A stretch of 64,000 nt of DNA from Octopus sinensis. Its lineage: Eukaryota. The stretch covers positions 49,724,001 to 49,788,000 of the forward strand of contig NC_043000.1 of the NCBI RefSeq assembly GCF_006345805.1, in the 5' to 3' direction. The notes under the pieces are model-generated. The model searched no databases. It was not told the origin of the DNA and worked only from the letters and a program-made list of their open reading frames with translations. This document shows positions 27,723-40,299 of the stretch, piece by piece (position 1 is the stretch's first letter; the number at the start of each line of letters is the position of its first letter). The translations under genes and the position numbers were made by a program.

Positions 27723-27728
<6 letters not shown>
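27571..27728. repeat. Head-to-head pLTR-like palindrome (66-bp arms, 64/66 identical) containing a hammerhead relic
   Basis: 27571-27636 is the reverse complement of 27663-27728. Minus strand 27604-27650 reads AAAACUGU CCGACAA ACG-GGAA-CGU GAAAC UCCGA GUA ACAG CUUUU. Confidence 0.9.
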
Positions 27729-27777
<49 letters not shown>

Positions 27778-28404
27778 TACATACACACATATAGAGAGAT
27801 AAATATAGATATAAGTTAATCAATGGTTCTATATATTTCATTTCTTCATTTCTAAATTCACACCTACATGCAATCACTGTTACATTCTCTATTAGTTTTC
27901 TTGTATATACTGGTAATTTTGTATTCAGCAATAGGAATGACAGTGTCCTCAACACTTAAAGCAAGAATAAGAATGAAATGCATTCAGATTCCTTAAGTCA
28001 TCTCTTATTATTGTTTGGTCTCTGAGGATTAATGGATTTCAATAATAACTGATCAGTTGGTTAGCTAAAAGCCTGTCATATTATACTTTTAAGATATTAA
28101 CCAATTTCAACTACTTTTCAGCTTTAGCAACGATTTTACAAACAGGCTGTGAATAAATCGCTTAGAGAAGGTTACTTTCTTAATAAATGCTTTGAATAAA
28201 CTGAAGCTTTACCAACATTGAAGCGTACAGCTTGTTACTTAGAAAATAAAAGGAAGGGTTTTCCTATTCTGGATTCATGGATATATGATCAATGATGGAC
28301 ACATAATCCACATTGAAGCAAGAGCAATAGATTCAATGTAAATTAGTATCTTACATTTATTCTTCCTTCTCTTCACATCCCTCTCTCTCCCTTTCCATAC
28401 ATAA

Positions 28405-28463
<59 letters not shown>

Positions 28464-28647
28464 GAGAGAGAGAGAGAGAGACATATAACAGATGCAGGCA
28501 TGGCTGTATGGTTAAGGAGTTTGTTTCCCAACTACATACTTGTGGGTTCAGTCCTACTACTTGGCACTTTGACACCCAAGCCAATCTAAGACTGGTGAGT
28601 GGATTTAATAGACAGAAAGTGAAGAATTGACATACATGTGTGTGTGC

Positions 28648-28771
<124 letters not shown>

Positions 28772-29709
28772 ATATGCAGTCATTTTAACAGTGCAGAAAA
28801 TGGAAACCTGCTTATCCTCAAAATTTATTTCCTCTTGTTTTACAATTTATACACCATATTTTTATGGTCTTTATGACCTATGCATGCTTCCACTGCTTAG
28901 ATTATGAGCAGTTGCAAATGCAACCTGACACGATTTTTAGAGCAGATTCTTCATTTGGCTAGTTTCAAATCTGTGCAGTGGAAACATGTGTGGGTCATAA
29001 AGACCATCAAAATATGCTGTATAATATTGTCAAATAAGAGGAAATAAATTTCGAGGATGAACAAGTCTCTGTCTTTTTATATCATTATGATTATTGCTTA
29101 TATATACTCCAGATAATGTAGACATTAAATACTGATCGATGCAATTAGCTGTAACCTGGAACTTAACTGAGAGCCACCACGGTATCCACCCAGATGATAT
29201 ATCTCTCCAACACACATACTGACATATATATATTATGTGTATCTGTGTATGTATGCATGTTGTACAATGTGGATTGCGAGGTGAGCCCTACAATTCATCA
29301 GCTTGACTTCGAATAATCTAACTCTACTACAGAGAGAGTCAGAAAGATAGCATTGTTTCCAGTGTGAACTTCTGTAGGACAAATATACATACATCATTGA
29401 ATACCTGCGAAAGTGCCATATTGCTAGGTTCTTCAAGTGACTTGGGACCTGTACCTTGTATTAATAGCAATACTGCAAACCTGTTCTTCTATAGATATGA
29501 TTTTATTTCCCTCAAAAACCTTAAGAGCAGTGCCTTGTAGAAGTACTGACACTCAGACACATAGAATATGATTTAAAAAAAAAAAATTCATTGTCAAAGT
29601 TTCAGGTAATTAAAGTAAAGAACAACTTTCTGCTTTGAGACAAATTTGGTAAGATTAATGAATTTAGGAATTTTATCATCAAATTATTCCCAAAAGATGT
29701 TAACAGAAT

Positions 29710-30118
29710 AGCGCAGGAGTGGCTGTGTGGTAAGTAGCTTGCTAACCAACCACATGGTTCCGGGTTCAGTCCCACTGCGTGGCATCTTGGGCAAGTGTCT
29801 TCTGCTATAGCCCCGGGCTGACAAATGCCTTGTGAGTGGATTTGGTAGACGGAAACTGAAAGACGCCTGTTGTATATATGTATATATATGTATATATGTG
29901 TATGCATGTGTGTTTGTCCCCCTAGCATTGCTTGACAACCGATGCTGGTGCGTTTACATCCCCGTCACTTAGCGGTTCGGCAAAACGAGACCGATAGAAT
30001 AAGTACTGGGCTTACAAAGAATAAGTCCCGGGGTCGATTTGCTCGACTAAAGGCAGTGCTCCAGCATGGCCACAGTCAAATGACTGAAACAAGTAAAAGA
30101 GTAAAAAGAGAGTAAAGA
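29710..30118 (+). mobile_element. tRNA-headed SINE family A (young copy)
   Basis: A box TGGCTGTGTGG, B box GGTTCAGTCCC, CORE-like ttgggcaagtgtcttct, internal TA/TG tract, tail tgactgaaacaag(taaaagag)n. Confidence 0.92.
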
Positions 30119-30358
30119 ATAGGTATTTGTATAAACAACAACACTGAAGTACATAAGGTAAGATGCCTTACGTAAGGTAACATAACTAATGTTTGAAATC
30201 CTGAACCTAGAATCTTGCAATCGGGCTCTTTCGCAGGTATTCACTGATGTAAGTACATTTGTCCTAGAGAAGTTCATACTGGAAACAATGCATCATGATG
30301 CTGTTTTCTTTACTTTAATAACCTGAAACTTTGATGTTGTTATCTTAAAGAAATCATA

Positions 30359-30664
30359 TCTTTATATATAAAACTAAAGTTGTGTGTGTGTGTGTCTGTC
30401 TACTCCGATTTAGATTCCTAACTACTCCCACATTTTGCAGTGCAGTTTAACCAAAAGTGGGTATCTTATAGTCGTGATTCATATCGAGCCCTTCTGGGTA
30501 TTAGCGCGCGTCTACAATGAGTCTACGATTCAAAAAAAAATTTACCATCATTTTTCTGCATTTTTAATGATTTTTGCTCGGTTATATAAGGGAAGTAACT
30601 CTCTAAAAATGCTTATATAGTTATTTCCCTTACAAACCCGAGCAACGCCGGGCGATACTGCTAG
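30359..30664 (+). mobile_element. Non-autonomous Helitron
   Basis: 5' A|TC, subterminal hairpin CCCGAGCAACGCCGGG (30637-30652), 3' CTAG|T, no TSD. The flanks rejoin as a continuous repeat arm. Confidence 0.9.
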
Positions 30665-30904
30665 TTATTCTATATGTTTGAGTGTCAGTATTTCTACAAG
30701 GCACTGCTCTTAAGTTTTTTGAGGGAAATAAAGTCATATCTATAGAAGAACAGGTTTGCAATATTGCTATTATTTGGCACAGCATGAAGATCAAATGGTT
30801 GGAAGGAACCAAACAAGTTTTAATGGGATATGGAATGATGAGAAGGAGGTTGAATTCCTACCAATAGGAGGTTGAAATACTACCCATTACTATACCCATC
30901 ACTC

Positions 30905-31112
30905 TCTAAGTCAAGAGGGGTTGCAGTATGGGGAATTAGGTGGCCAGATGCTAGAAGCAATGTGGCTGCAGAAATTGTCCAATAGCCATGACTGTATTCT
31001 CCTGCTTGTGTGACATGGTGCAGAGTCCTGTTGCCAGACCTAAGGTCTTCCAGCAGCCACCTTCTTGACCCAGGGCAGCAATACCTTATCCAGGCACTTG
31101 ATGTAGGCCTCC
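30905..31112 (-). mobile_element. Second DD37D transposase fragment
   Basis: EAYIKCLDKVLLPWVKKVAAGRP*VWQQDSAPCHTSRRIQSWLLDNFCSHIASSIWPPNSPYCNP(fs)LD. There are 37 residues between the QQD aspartate and the NPLD aspartate. Confidence 0.88.
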
Positions 31113-31290
31113 CGGTTCTCAACTAATACTTATTTTATCAACCCCTAAGGGATGAAAGGCAAAGTCAACCTTCGTGAAATGTGAACTCACTATGTAAAGA
31201 TGGATGAAATGTTTGGCATTTTGCCCAGCATGCTAATGATTCTGCCAGCTTGCTGCCTTAGATCCTGCAGAAATATTGATGTAGAGATAT

Positions 31291-31705
31291 AGGCATGGCT
31301 GTGAGGGTAAGAATGTCACTTACCAACTGTAATGGTTTTGGGTTCAGTCCCACTAAAATGCACATTGGGCCACCTGCTGTCTTGTGAGTGGATTAGGTAG
31401 ATGGAAACTGGAAGAAGCTCATGGTATATATATTTATTTGTGTGTGTGTGTGTGTGTGTGCTTGTGTGTGTATGTATGTGTGTATGTGTATATATGTATG
31501 TATGTTAGTACATCTTGAGATCACAGGATAGTTATATATATATTTCCAGTCTATTGTGAAAATGTGTCCAGCCCTGAAGAAATATTACTTTGCTTGGAAA
31601 CCAGTGAGAATTGGCAACAGGAAGGGTATCCAGCCATAGAAAATCTGCCACAACAAATTCAGTCAGGCCACTGCATGTGGAAACTAGAACGATGATGATG
31701 CTGAT
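31291..31705 (+). mobile_element. SINE family D: family-A-like head with RTE-like tail
   Basis: Head ggcatggctgtgagggtaag..ggttcagtccc, and tail ttggcaacaggaagggtatccagcc..gcatgtggaaa..gatgatgatg. A similar copy lies at about 1190-1535. Confidence 0.75.
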
Positions 31706-32354
31706 AAGGAGGAGGAGGAGGACAACGACGATGACGACAACGGCGATGACAATGGCACCTAGCTTAATGGTAACATTGTCAAAAGTTTGAAATCACAAAA
31801 TTTGTTTTATCTACAAACAAGAACGTTATCTTCAAGCTTCTTTATTCTAACTATAGTCTGGAAGAAATTTTCTATCTTGGGAACTATTTAGTAACTGTAA
31901 TTAATTTAGGAAACTTATCATCAAATCAGCATAATAGCTTTCACAGGTAGCGGGCCAAAAATTTTTCATCAACTCCATTTCTGATAAAAATAGCAGTTAT
32001 CAGTAAAGATGTGTTTAATTGATAGAGAATGAACTAATTGTTTAACTTCCATTACTGCCACATGATTCTGAAGAAGCTTCACTTAATAGATTAGTCAGCA
32101 ATGATTGAAATTAAGTGTGAATAAAATTAGTCAATGGCATTGAAAATCACCATTGAGATTCTAGCCTGAAGCTTAATCTCAAAGTTGAAATTGATCTTGA
32201 ACATTTTTGTTTTTTTCATTTTTTTTTGTCATTTTATTTTATCAAAAAGACATGTATTTGGGCATGACCACTCACACACACATACATAATTACATACATA
32301 CATATATATATGTATATATATATGATATAAAAAATATATATATATTATACATAT

Positions 32355-33801
32355 AAGGCGATGCCCTAGATACAAATAACTACAGGGGCATCAAGCTGTT
32401 GGATCAGGTAATGAAGGTTACGGAGAGGGTTATAGCCCAGTTAATTAGAGAGAGAGTTAGCTTAGATGATATGCAGTTTGGGTTCGTGCCAGGGAAAAGT
32501 ACTACTGATGCTATATTCCTGGTAAGACAGCTGCAGGAGAAATACCTAGCCAAAGGTAAGCCCTTGTACCTGGCTTTTGTTGACTTAGAGAAAGCCTTTG
32601 ACAGGGTCCCCGATCCCTTATCTGGTGGTCAATGAGGAAACTAGGGATAGATGAATGGTTAGTGAGAGCTGTGCGAGCCATGTACAGAGACGCAGCTAGT
32701 GAGGTGAGGGTTGGCAACGAGTACAGTGAAGAATTCCGGGTAGAGGTTGGGGTCCACCAAGGTTCAGTCCTCAGCCCCCTCCTATTTATCATAGTCCTCC
32801 AGGCAATAACGGAAGAATTTAAGACAGGATGCCCCTGGGAGCTCCTATATGCTGATGACCTTGCTCTAATTGCTGAGTCACTATCAGAACTGGAGGAGAG
32901 GTTTCAGGTGTGGAAACAAGGATTAGAATCGAAGGCCTTAGAATCAACCTAGCCAAAACCAAAGTCCTAATAAGTAGGAAGGTGGACCAACCACAAACGA
33001 CTTCAGGTAGATGGCCCTGCTCGATCTGTAAAAAAGGTGTAGGTAGAAACTCTATAAGGTGCACCAAGTGTAAGCTATGGACACATAAGAGGTGCAGCAA
33101 TGTCAAAGGAAGGCTAACTAAGAAAATAGTTTTTGTCTGTGGCAGATGCTCAAGAGAAATAAACACTGGAAATGTGCAGAGACCAACTTCTACCACGTTC
33201 CAGGGAGACAAACTAGAAGTAGTTGATAGCTTCCCCGCTACCTAGGAGACCAAGTCAGTAGCGGGGGTGGGTGTGCTGAAAGTGTAACTGCTAGAGTAAG
33301 AATAGCCTGGGCAAAGTTTAGAGAGCTCTTACCCCTGCTGGTGACAAAAGGCCTCTCGCTAAGAGTAAAAGCAGACTATATGATGCGTGTGTACGTACAG
33401 CCATGCTACATGGTAGTGAAACATGGGCCGTGACAGCTGAGGATATGCGTAAGCTTGCAAGAAATGAAGCCAGTATGCTCCGATGGATGTGTAATGTCAG
33501 TGTTCATAATCGTCAGAGTGTAAGTACTTTGAGAGAAAAGTTGAACCTAAGAAGTGTCAGTTGTGGTGTGCAAGAGAGACGGCTGCGCTGGTATGGTCAT
33601 GTGACGAGAATGGCTGAAGATAGTTGTGTGCAAAAGTGCTACACCCTAGCAGTTGAGGGAACCTGTGGAAGAGGTAGACCCAGGAAAACCTGGGACGAGG
33701 TGGTGAAGCACGACCTTCGAACTTTAGGTCTCACCAAGGAAATGACTGAAGACCGAGTCCTATGGAAGTGTGCTGTGCATGAGAGGACCCGGCAGGACTA
33801 G
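32355..33801 (+). mobile_element. RTE-clade LINE ORF (reverse transcriptase with internal PHD finger and C-terminal region), 5'-truncated, four frameshifts
   Basis: Translation across frames gives GDALDTNNYRGIKLL..QFGFVPGKSTTDAIF..LAFVDLEKAFDRVP..GVHQGSVLSPLLF..LLYADDL..INLAKTKV..RYLG..MLHGSETW..RRLRWYGHV..GRGRPRKTW..RQD*, which are classic RTE RT and C-terminal motifs. It starts abruptly inside a TA-rich run. Confidence 0.97.
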
Positions 33802-36800
33802 TCAGGCCATATCCCGTGGCCCCTACCTGGGATGTAGTCGATCCACCTGTGCATACCTTCCTTCATGTGACACTTGTGAAGACCTGCTGAGGCAAGTGAA
33901 AATCAATCAAAATAGATGAACATCAATGGAATTTGTATCCTTGTGGTACCAGTGCCTGTGGCACACAAGAAAACCATCCGAACGTGGCCGTAGCCAGTAC
34001 CGCATCGACTCGCCTCCGTGCTGTGGGAACATGGTGGCACATAAAAACACCATCCGAAGACTAGTCAGGTCATAACCCATGGGCCCTACCTGGGACGTAG
34101 TCAGTCCACCTGTACATACCTTCCTTCTTGTGACACTTGTGAAGACCTGTTGAGGCAAGTGAAAATCAAATCAAAACAAATCAAAATAGATGAACATCAA
34201 TGGAATTTGTATCTTTGTGGTACCAGTGCCGGTGGCACACAAGAATCCATCCGAACGTGGCCGTAGTCAGTACCGCTTGTGGTAACAGTGCCGGTGGCAC
34301 ACAAGAATCCATCCGAACGTGGCCGTAGTCAGTACCGCATCACTGGCCCTCGTGCTGTGGGCACATAACAAACACCATCCGGTCGTGGCCGTTCGCCAGC
34401 CTCATCTAGCACCTGTGTCGGTGGCACATAAAAAGTAGTCAGTACCGCTTGTGGTACCAGTGCCGGTGGCACACAAGAATCCATCCGAACATGGCCGTAG
34501 TCAGTACCGCATCACTGGCCATCGTGCTGTGGGCACATAACAAACACCATCCGGTCGTGGCCGTTCGCCAGCCTCATCTAACACCTGTGTCGGTGGCACA
34601 TAAAAACACCATCCGAAGACCCGGCAAGACTAGTCAGGCCATAACCCATGGCCCCTACCTGGGACGTAGTCAGTCCACCTGTGCATACCTTCCTCCTTGT
34701 GATACTTGTGAAGGCCTGTTGAGGCAAGTGAAAATCAAAATCAAAATCAAATCAAAACAAATCAAAATAGATGAACATCAATGGAATTTGTATCTTTGGT
34801 GTACCAGTGCCGGTGGCACACAAGAGAAAACCATCCGAAAGTGGCGTAGCCAGTACCGCATCGACTGGCCTCCGTGCTGTGGGCACATGACAAACACCAT
34901 CCGATCGTGGCCGTTCGCCAGCCTCATCTAGCACCTGTGTCGGTGGCACAAAAACACCATCCGAAGACCCGGCAAGACTAGTCAGGCCATAACCCATGGC
35001 CCCTACCTGGGACGTAGTCAGTCCACCTGTGCATTCCTTCCTTCTTGTGACACTTGTGAAGACCTGTTGAGGCAAGTGAAAATCAAAATCAAAATCAAAA
35101 CAAATCAAAATAGATGAACATCAATGGAATCTGTATCTTTGTGGTACCAGTGCCGGTGGCACACACTTTGTGGTACCAGTGCCGGTGGCACACAAAGAAC
35201 CATCCGAACGTGGCCGTAGCCAGTTCCGCATCGACCGGCCTCCGTGCTGTGGGCACGTAACAAACCATCCGATCATGGCCGTTCGCCAGCCTCATCTGGC
35301 ACCTGTGTCGGTGGCACATAAAAACACCTTCCGAAGACCCGGCAAGACTAGTCAGTCCACCTGTGCATACCTTCCTTCTTGTGACACTTGTGAAGACCGG
35401 TTGAGGCAAGTGAAAATCAAAATCAAATCAAATCAAAATAGACAAAATAGATGAACATCAATGGAATTTGTATCTTGTGGTACCAGTGCCTGTGGCACAC
35501 AAGAAATCCATCAGTGCTGTAGTCAGTGCGGTGGGCACATGACAAACACCATCCGATCGTGGCCGTTCGCCAGCCTCATCTAGCACCTGTGTCGGTGGCA
35601 CAAAAACACCATCCGAAGACCCGCAAGACTAGTCAGGCCATAACCATGGCCCCTACCAACCTGGGACGTAGTCAGTCCACCTGTGCATTCCTTCCTTCTT
35701 GTGACACTTGTGAAGACCTGTTGAGGCAAGTGAAAATCAAAATCAAATCAAAACAAATCAAAAAGATGAACATCAATGGAATCTGTATCTTTGTGGTACC
35801 AGTGCCGGTGGCACACACTTTGTGGTACCAGTGCCGGTGGCACACAAGAGACCATCCGAACGTGGCCGTAGCCTTCCGCATCGACCGGCCTCCGTGCTGT
35901 GGGCACGTAACAAACACCATCCGATCATGGCCGTTCGCCAGCCTCATCTGGCACCTGTGTCGGTGGCACATAAAAAACACCTTCCGAAGACCGGCAAGAC
36001 TAGTCAGTCCACCTGTGCATACCTTCCTTCTTGTGACACTTGTGAAGACTGGTTGAGGCAAGTGAAAATCAAAATCAAATCAAATCAAAATAGACAAAAT
36101 AGATGAACATCAATGGAATTTGTATCTTGTGGTACCAGTGCCTGTGGCACACAAGAAATCCATCAGTGCTGTAGTCAGTGCGGTGGGCACATGACAAACA
36201 CCATCCGATCGTGGCCGTTCGCCAGCCTCATCTAGCACCTGTGTCGGTGGCACATAAAAACACCATCCGAAGACCCGGCAAGACTAGTCAGCCCATAACC
36301 CATGGCCCCTACCTGGGACGTAGTCAGTCCACCTGTGCATACCTTCCTTCTTGTGACACTTGTGAAGACCTGTTGAGGCAAGTGAAAATCAAAACAAATC
36401 AAAATAGATGAACATCAATGGAATTTGTATCTTTGTGGTAACACAAGAAAACCATCCGAACGTGGCCGTAGCCAGTACCGCCATCGACTGGCCTCCGTGC
36501 TGTGGGCACGTAACAAGCACCATCCGATCGTGGCCGTTTGCCAGCCTCATCTGGCACCTGTGTCGGTGGCACATAAAAACACCATCCGAGCGTGGCCGTC
36601 TGCCAGCCTCGTCTGGCACCTGTGTCGGTGGCACATAAAAACACCATCCGAGCGTGGCCGTTTGCAGCCTCGTCTGGCACCCGTGTCGGTGGCACATAAA
36701 ATCACCCACTACACTCTCGGAGTGGTTGGCGTTAGGAAAGGCATCCAGCTGTAGAACACTGCCAGATCTGACTGGACTGGTGCAGCTTTCGGGCTCCCCA

Positions 36801-36870
36801 GACCCCAGTTGAACCGTCCACCCATGCTAGCATGGAAAGCGGACGTTAAATGATGATGATGATGATGATG
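33796..36870 (+). repeat. Tandemly amplified 3' UTR of the RTE LINE (8 imperfect units) ending in the LINE 3' tail and (GAT)n
   Basis: GACTAGTCAG (ORF stop region) recurs at 33796, 34059, 34628, 34976, 35346, 35627, 35998 and 36282. The last unit ends in ...CCCATGCTAGCATGGAAAGCGGACGTTAAA(TGA)n. Confidence 0.95.
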
Positions 36871-37064
36871 ATATCATATATGTATGTATATATATATATA
36901 TACATATATATACATGCATATTATATATATATAGACATGCATATATATATATATATATATTATATATAATATACAACACACATATATATATATATAATAC
37001 ACATATATATTATATAAATATATATTAAACATATATACATTATATATATTATTCATATATATAT

Positions 37065-37460
37065 GGAGTGGCTGTGTGGTAAGTAGCTTGCTAACCAGCC
37101 ACATGGTTCCGGGTTCAGTCCCACTGCGTGGAACTTGGGCAAGTGTCTTCTGCTATAGCCCCAGGCCGACCAATGCCTTGTGAGTGGATTTGGTAGACAG
37201 AAACTGAAAGAAGCCTGTCGTATATATGCATATATATATATATATGTGTGTGTGTCTATGTGTTTGTGTGTCTGTGTTTGTCCCCCTAGCATTGCTTGAC
37301 AACCGATGCTGGTGTGTTTATGTCCCCGTCACTTAGCGGTTCGGCAAAAGAGACCGATAGAATAAGTACTGGGCTTACAAAGAATAAGTCCCGGGGTTGA
37401 TTTGCTCAACTAAAGGTGGTGCTCCAGCATGGCCACAGTCAAATGACTGAAACAAGTAAA
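37065..37460 (+). mobile_element. SINE family A (young copy)
   Basis: Near-identical to 29710-30118. Confidence 0.92.
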
Positions 37461-37461
37461 T

Positions 37462-37506
<45 letters not shown>

Positions 37507-37981
37507 CATACATACATATATATATCTACATATATACACACGCACACATACACACATATACATATATACATACATCTATAAATATGCATGTATTTTACAC
37601 ATATATAAATATAAATGTACATAACATACATATATATATACATGCACACATCATATATAATATGCAGATATCAATTATATATATATATTGATACACAGAC
37701 ATGTGTGTGTATGTGTGTGTGAAGAATTGTCTTTAACCAAATTTTGAATTGGGTTTTCCCATAATTTATCGCAGCTACTCTTCAATATTTTCCATTTTGT
37801 CATATAAAAGTAGTTTTGCTTTCAAGCTTCTAAAATTTAGTTCTTAATGGAATCCTAGAGAATTGAGATATAGATAACCTGCTGGTTCTTCATATAATAT
37901 TGTATAAATCTGAATCATTAAATGAAATTATGTGTATTTGTATGTGCATACATATATACACATATATAGATATGTATATCA

Positions 37982-38024
<43 letters not shown>

Positions 38025-38029
38025 GTTTC

Positions 38030-38370
38030 TCTCTCGCAAAGAAATGAAGCCAGTATGTCCTCTGGATGGGTAATGTTAGTGTACATATAAAACAGAGTGT
38101 AAGTGATTTGAGAGAAAAACTGTGTACATGAGGCATAATATGTAGTGTGCCAGAGAGAAGACTGCACTTCCACAGTCATGTAATGTGTATGTATGAAGAC
38201 AGTTGCATCAAGAGGTGCCAAAATCTAGTTAGGGTGGGAACATGTAGAAGGAATAGATCCAAGATGTGAGATGGAGTGGTGAGAAGGGGTCTTCAGACAT
38301 TGGGTCACACAGGGGTTATGACAAGGGACCAAGACTCTTGACAATTTGCTATGCTTGAGAAAACATGTCG
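38030..38370 (+). mobile_element. Degraded RTE LINE fragment (C-terminal ORF region)
   Basis: Diverged homologue of 33455-33800 (gaaatgaagccagtatg...gagagaagactgc...atgacaagggacc). Confidence 0.8.
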
Positions 38371-40299
38371 ATATAAAAATAAATGCGCCCTTTTAAAGCC
38401 TAGCCAGGCTAATGGGCCCACTTTCCCAGTTTCTATGACGTATGAGTTCCCCAGCTGGATGGGATGCCAGTCCATCACAGTGTTACTCATTTTTGCAAGC
38501 TGAGTGGACTGGAGCAACGTGAAATGAAGTGTTTTGCTCAAGAACACAACGCATTGCCTGGTCCAGGAATCGAAACCACAATCTTACGATCATGGTGCTG
38601 ATACCCTAACCACTAAGCCACACGCCTCCACATAAGCACTGTAAAGTGCTTGGTGTTAGGAAGGTCAAAGGTCATCCAGCTGTAGAAACTGTTCCTAAAC
38701 AGACATGGAGCCTGGGAGGCTATCTCTTCAGCTGACCAACTCCTGTGAAACCATCCACTCCATACCAGCATGGAAAACGGACATTAAATGATGGTGATGA
38801 TATGTATGTATGTAAGCATATATGTATCTATGTATGTATGCATGCATGTACGTGTGTATGTATGTAAATATATTTGATCTATGTATACATGTATATATAT
38901 ATATATATATATGACTGTGTGTGTTAGAGGAAATATTACCTTGTTTTGAAACAGGTGAAAGTTGGCAACAGAAAGGGCAGATAGTGAAAGTGAATGTTAA
39001 AAAGATGAGGATGATCATGAACATGATAATATATACAAACGTGTGTTTGTGTGTAATAAATCTTACTCCATATCTAAATGAAATTTTAAAGTTAAGACAA
39101 CCTCTTTTACTATTTCTTACATTTACTCTGTTTAAATATAATGAATGATCCAATGAGATAAATACTCTTTCCAAAGTCTTTTTCTTACACAATATGACAT
39201 TGAGTATTAGAGGTTTCCATTCATTACCCTCAATAGGTTGCCATTCATTTGCTTCATCTTTCTTTAGTACTTCAAATATTCTCTGAAATTTTCACCTGAT
39301 TGTACCAAAAAATTCCCATTCATTTTATAATCTAAATTGCCTTTTATTTCCTCAACATTTCTTTCTCATTGTTTCATCTTGCAAACTAGAATTCTCATAC
39401 AGAATCACCGTTTTTAACAGCAATAGGATAAGTAAAATATTCACAACTCAGAAACTACTACTACTACTACCACTATCACTACCACCGCCACCACTACTAA
39501 TAATAATTATTATTATTTCAAATTATTTTTGCCACAAGGGTAGCTTAGTGAAGGTGGGGGATGAGTCAATTACATTGACCCCAGTGATCAACTGGTACTT
39601 ATTTTATCGACCTTGAAAGGATGAAAGGTAATGCTGACCTTGGCAGAACTTGAACTCAGAATGTGGAGACAGTTGAAAATACCACTAAGCATTTCACCCA
39701 GTGTGCTAACGATTCTGCCAGCTCACCAACTTAACAATAATACTAACAACAACAATAAATAGATAAATAAATAAAAAGATATTGGTATTGTTAATCTATC
39801 TGCTTTATACCTACCAGTGTGAACAAACACTTTTAGCAAACATGAAATCTGAATTAGCCAAATCCACCAATGTCTCATAAATACAGAGGATATCGTAGGT
39901 TTTTAGCTGCTAGGAATAATTCCAGCATCAATTGCTTTGCATTATTTCACCAAAACAGTGTTTAAGTAGGTTTCTCAAAATGCTTATTTAATCTTAACTA
40001 TCAGTAAACATTACACTATCATTATATGTTAAATAGCACACTGCCTGTAACCACAAAACGTAGCATTGCACAACCATTACTATTTGATATGGTGAACTCA
40101 ACAGAATATAATATTGTTAGCGAATAAACAACACAGAAATAATTCCCATCTTTTCACCTCTAGTTTTGGTTATCCAAAGTGTTTCAAACACATCTTTCTC
40201 TTTAGCTGCTTATTACTTTAATTCCGTAATTCTTGGCTGAATGTTTAAGTTTGCTTCATAGCCACATGGTCTGAGAATAAATCTTAGTGTGTATATTTC

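Larger units (their letters stand above)
29349..30782. repeat. Circularly permuted inverted duplication (PLE-like) with nested SINE and Helitron
   Basis: 29449-29625 is inverted versus 30303-30782 (minus the Helitron), and 29349-29430 is inverted versus about 30207-30291, in permuted order. Confidence 0.75.

Noticed and set aside
29710-29790. tRNA-like A/B boxes
   Set aside because: These are SINE heads without a cloverleaf or anticodon arm, not tRNA genes.
33796-36700. CRISPR-like or HDV-ribozyme/K-turn interpretation of the array
   Set aside because: There is no repeat-unique spacer pattern. I could not fit an HDV double pseudoknot, and the putative K-turn canonical stem is only 2 bp.
34449-36754. 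Numerous 80-176 aa ORFs on both strands
   Set aside because: They are read-through of the tandemly repeated RTE 3' UTR. The frames are not preserved between units.
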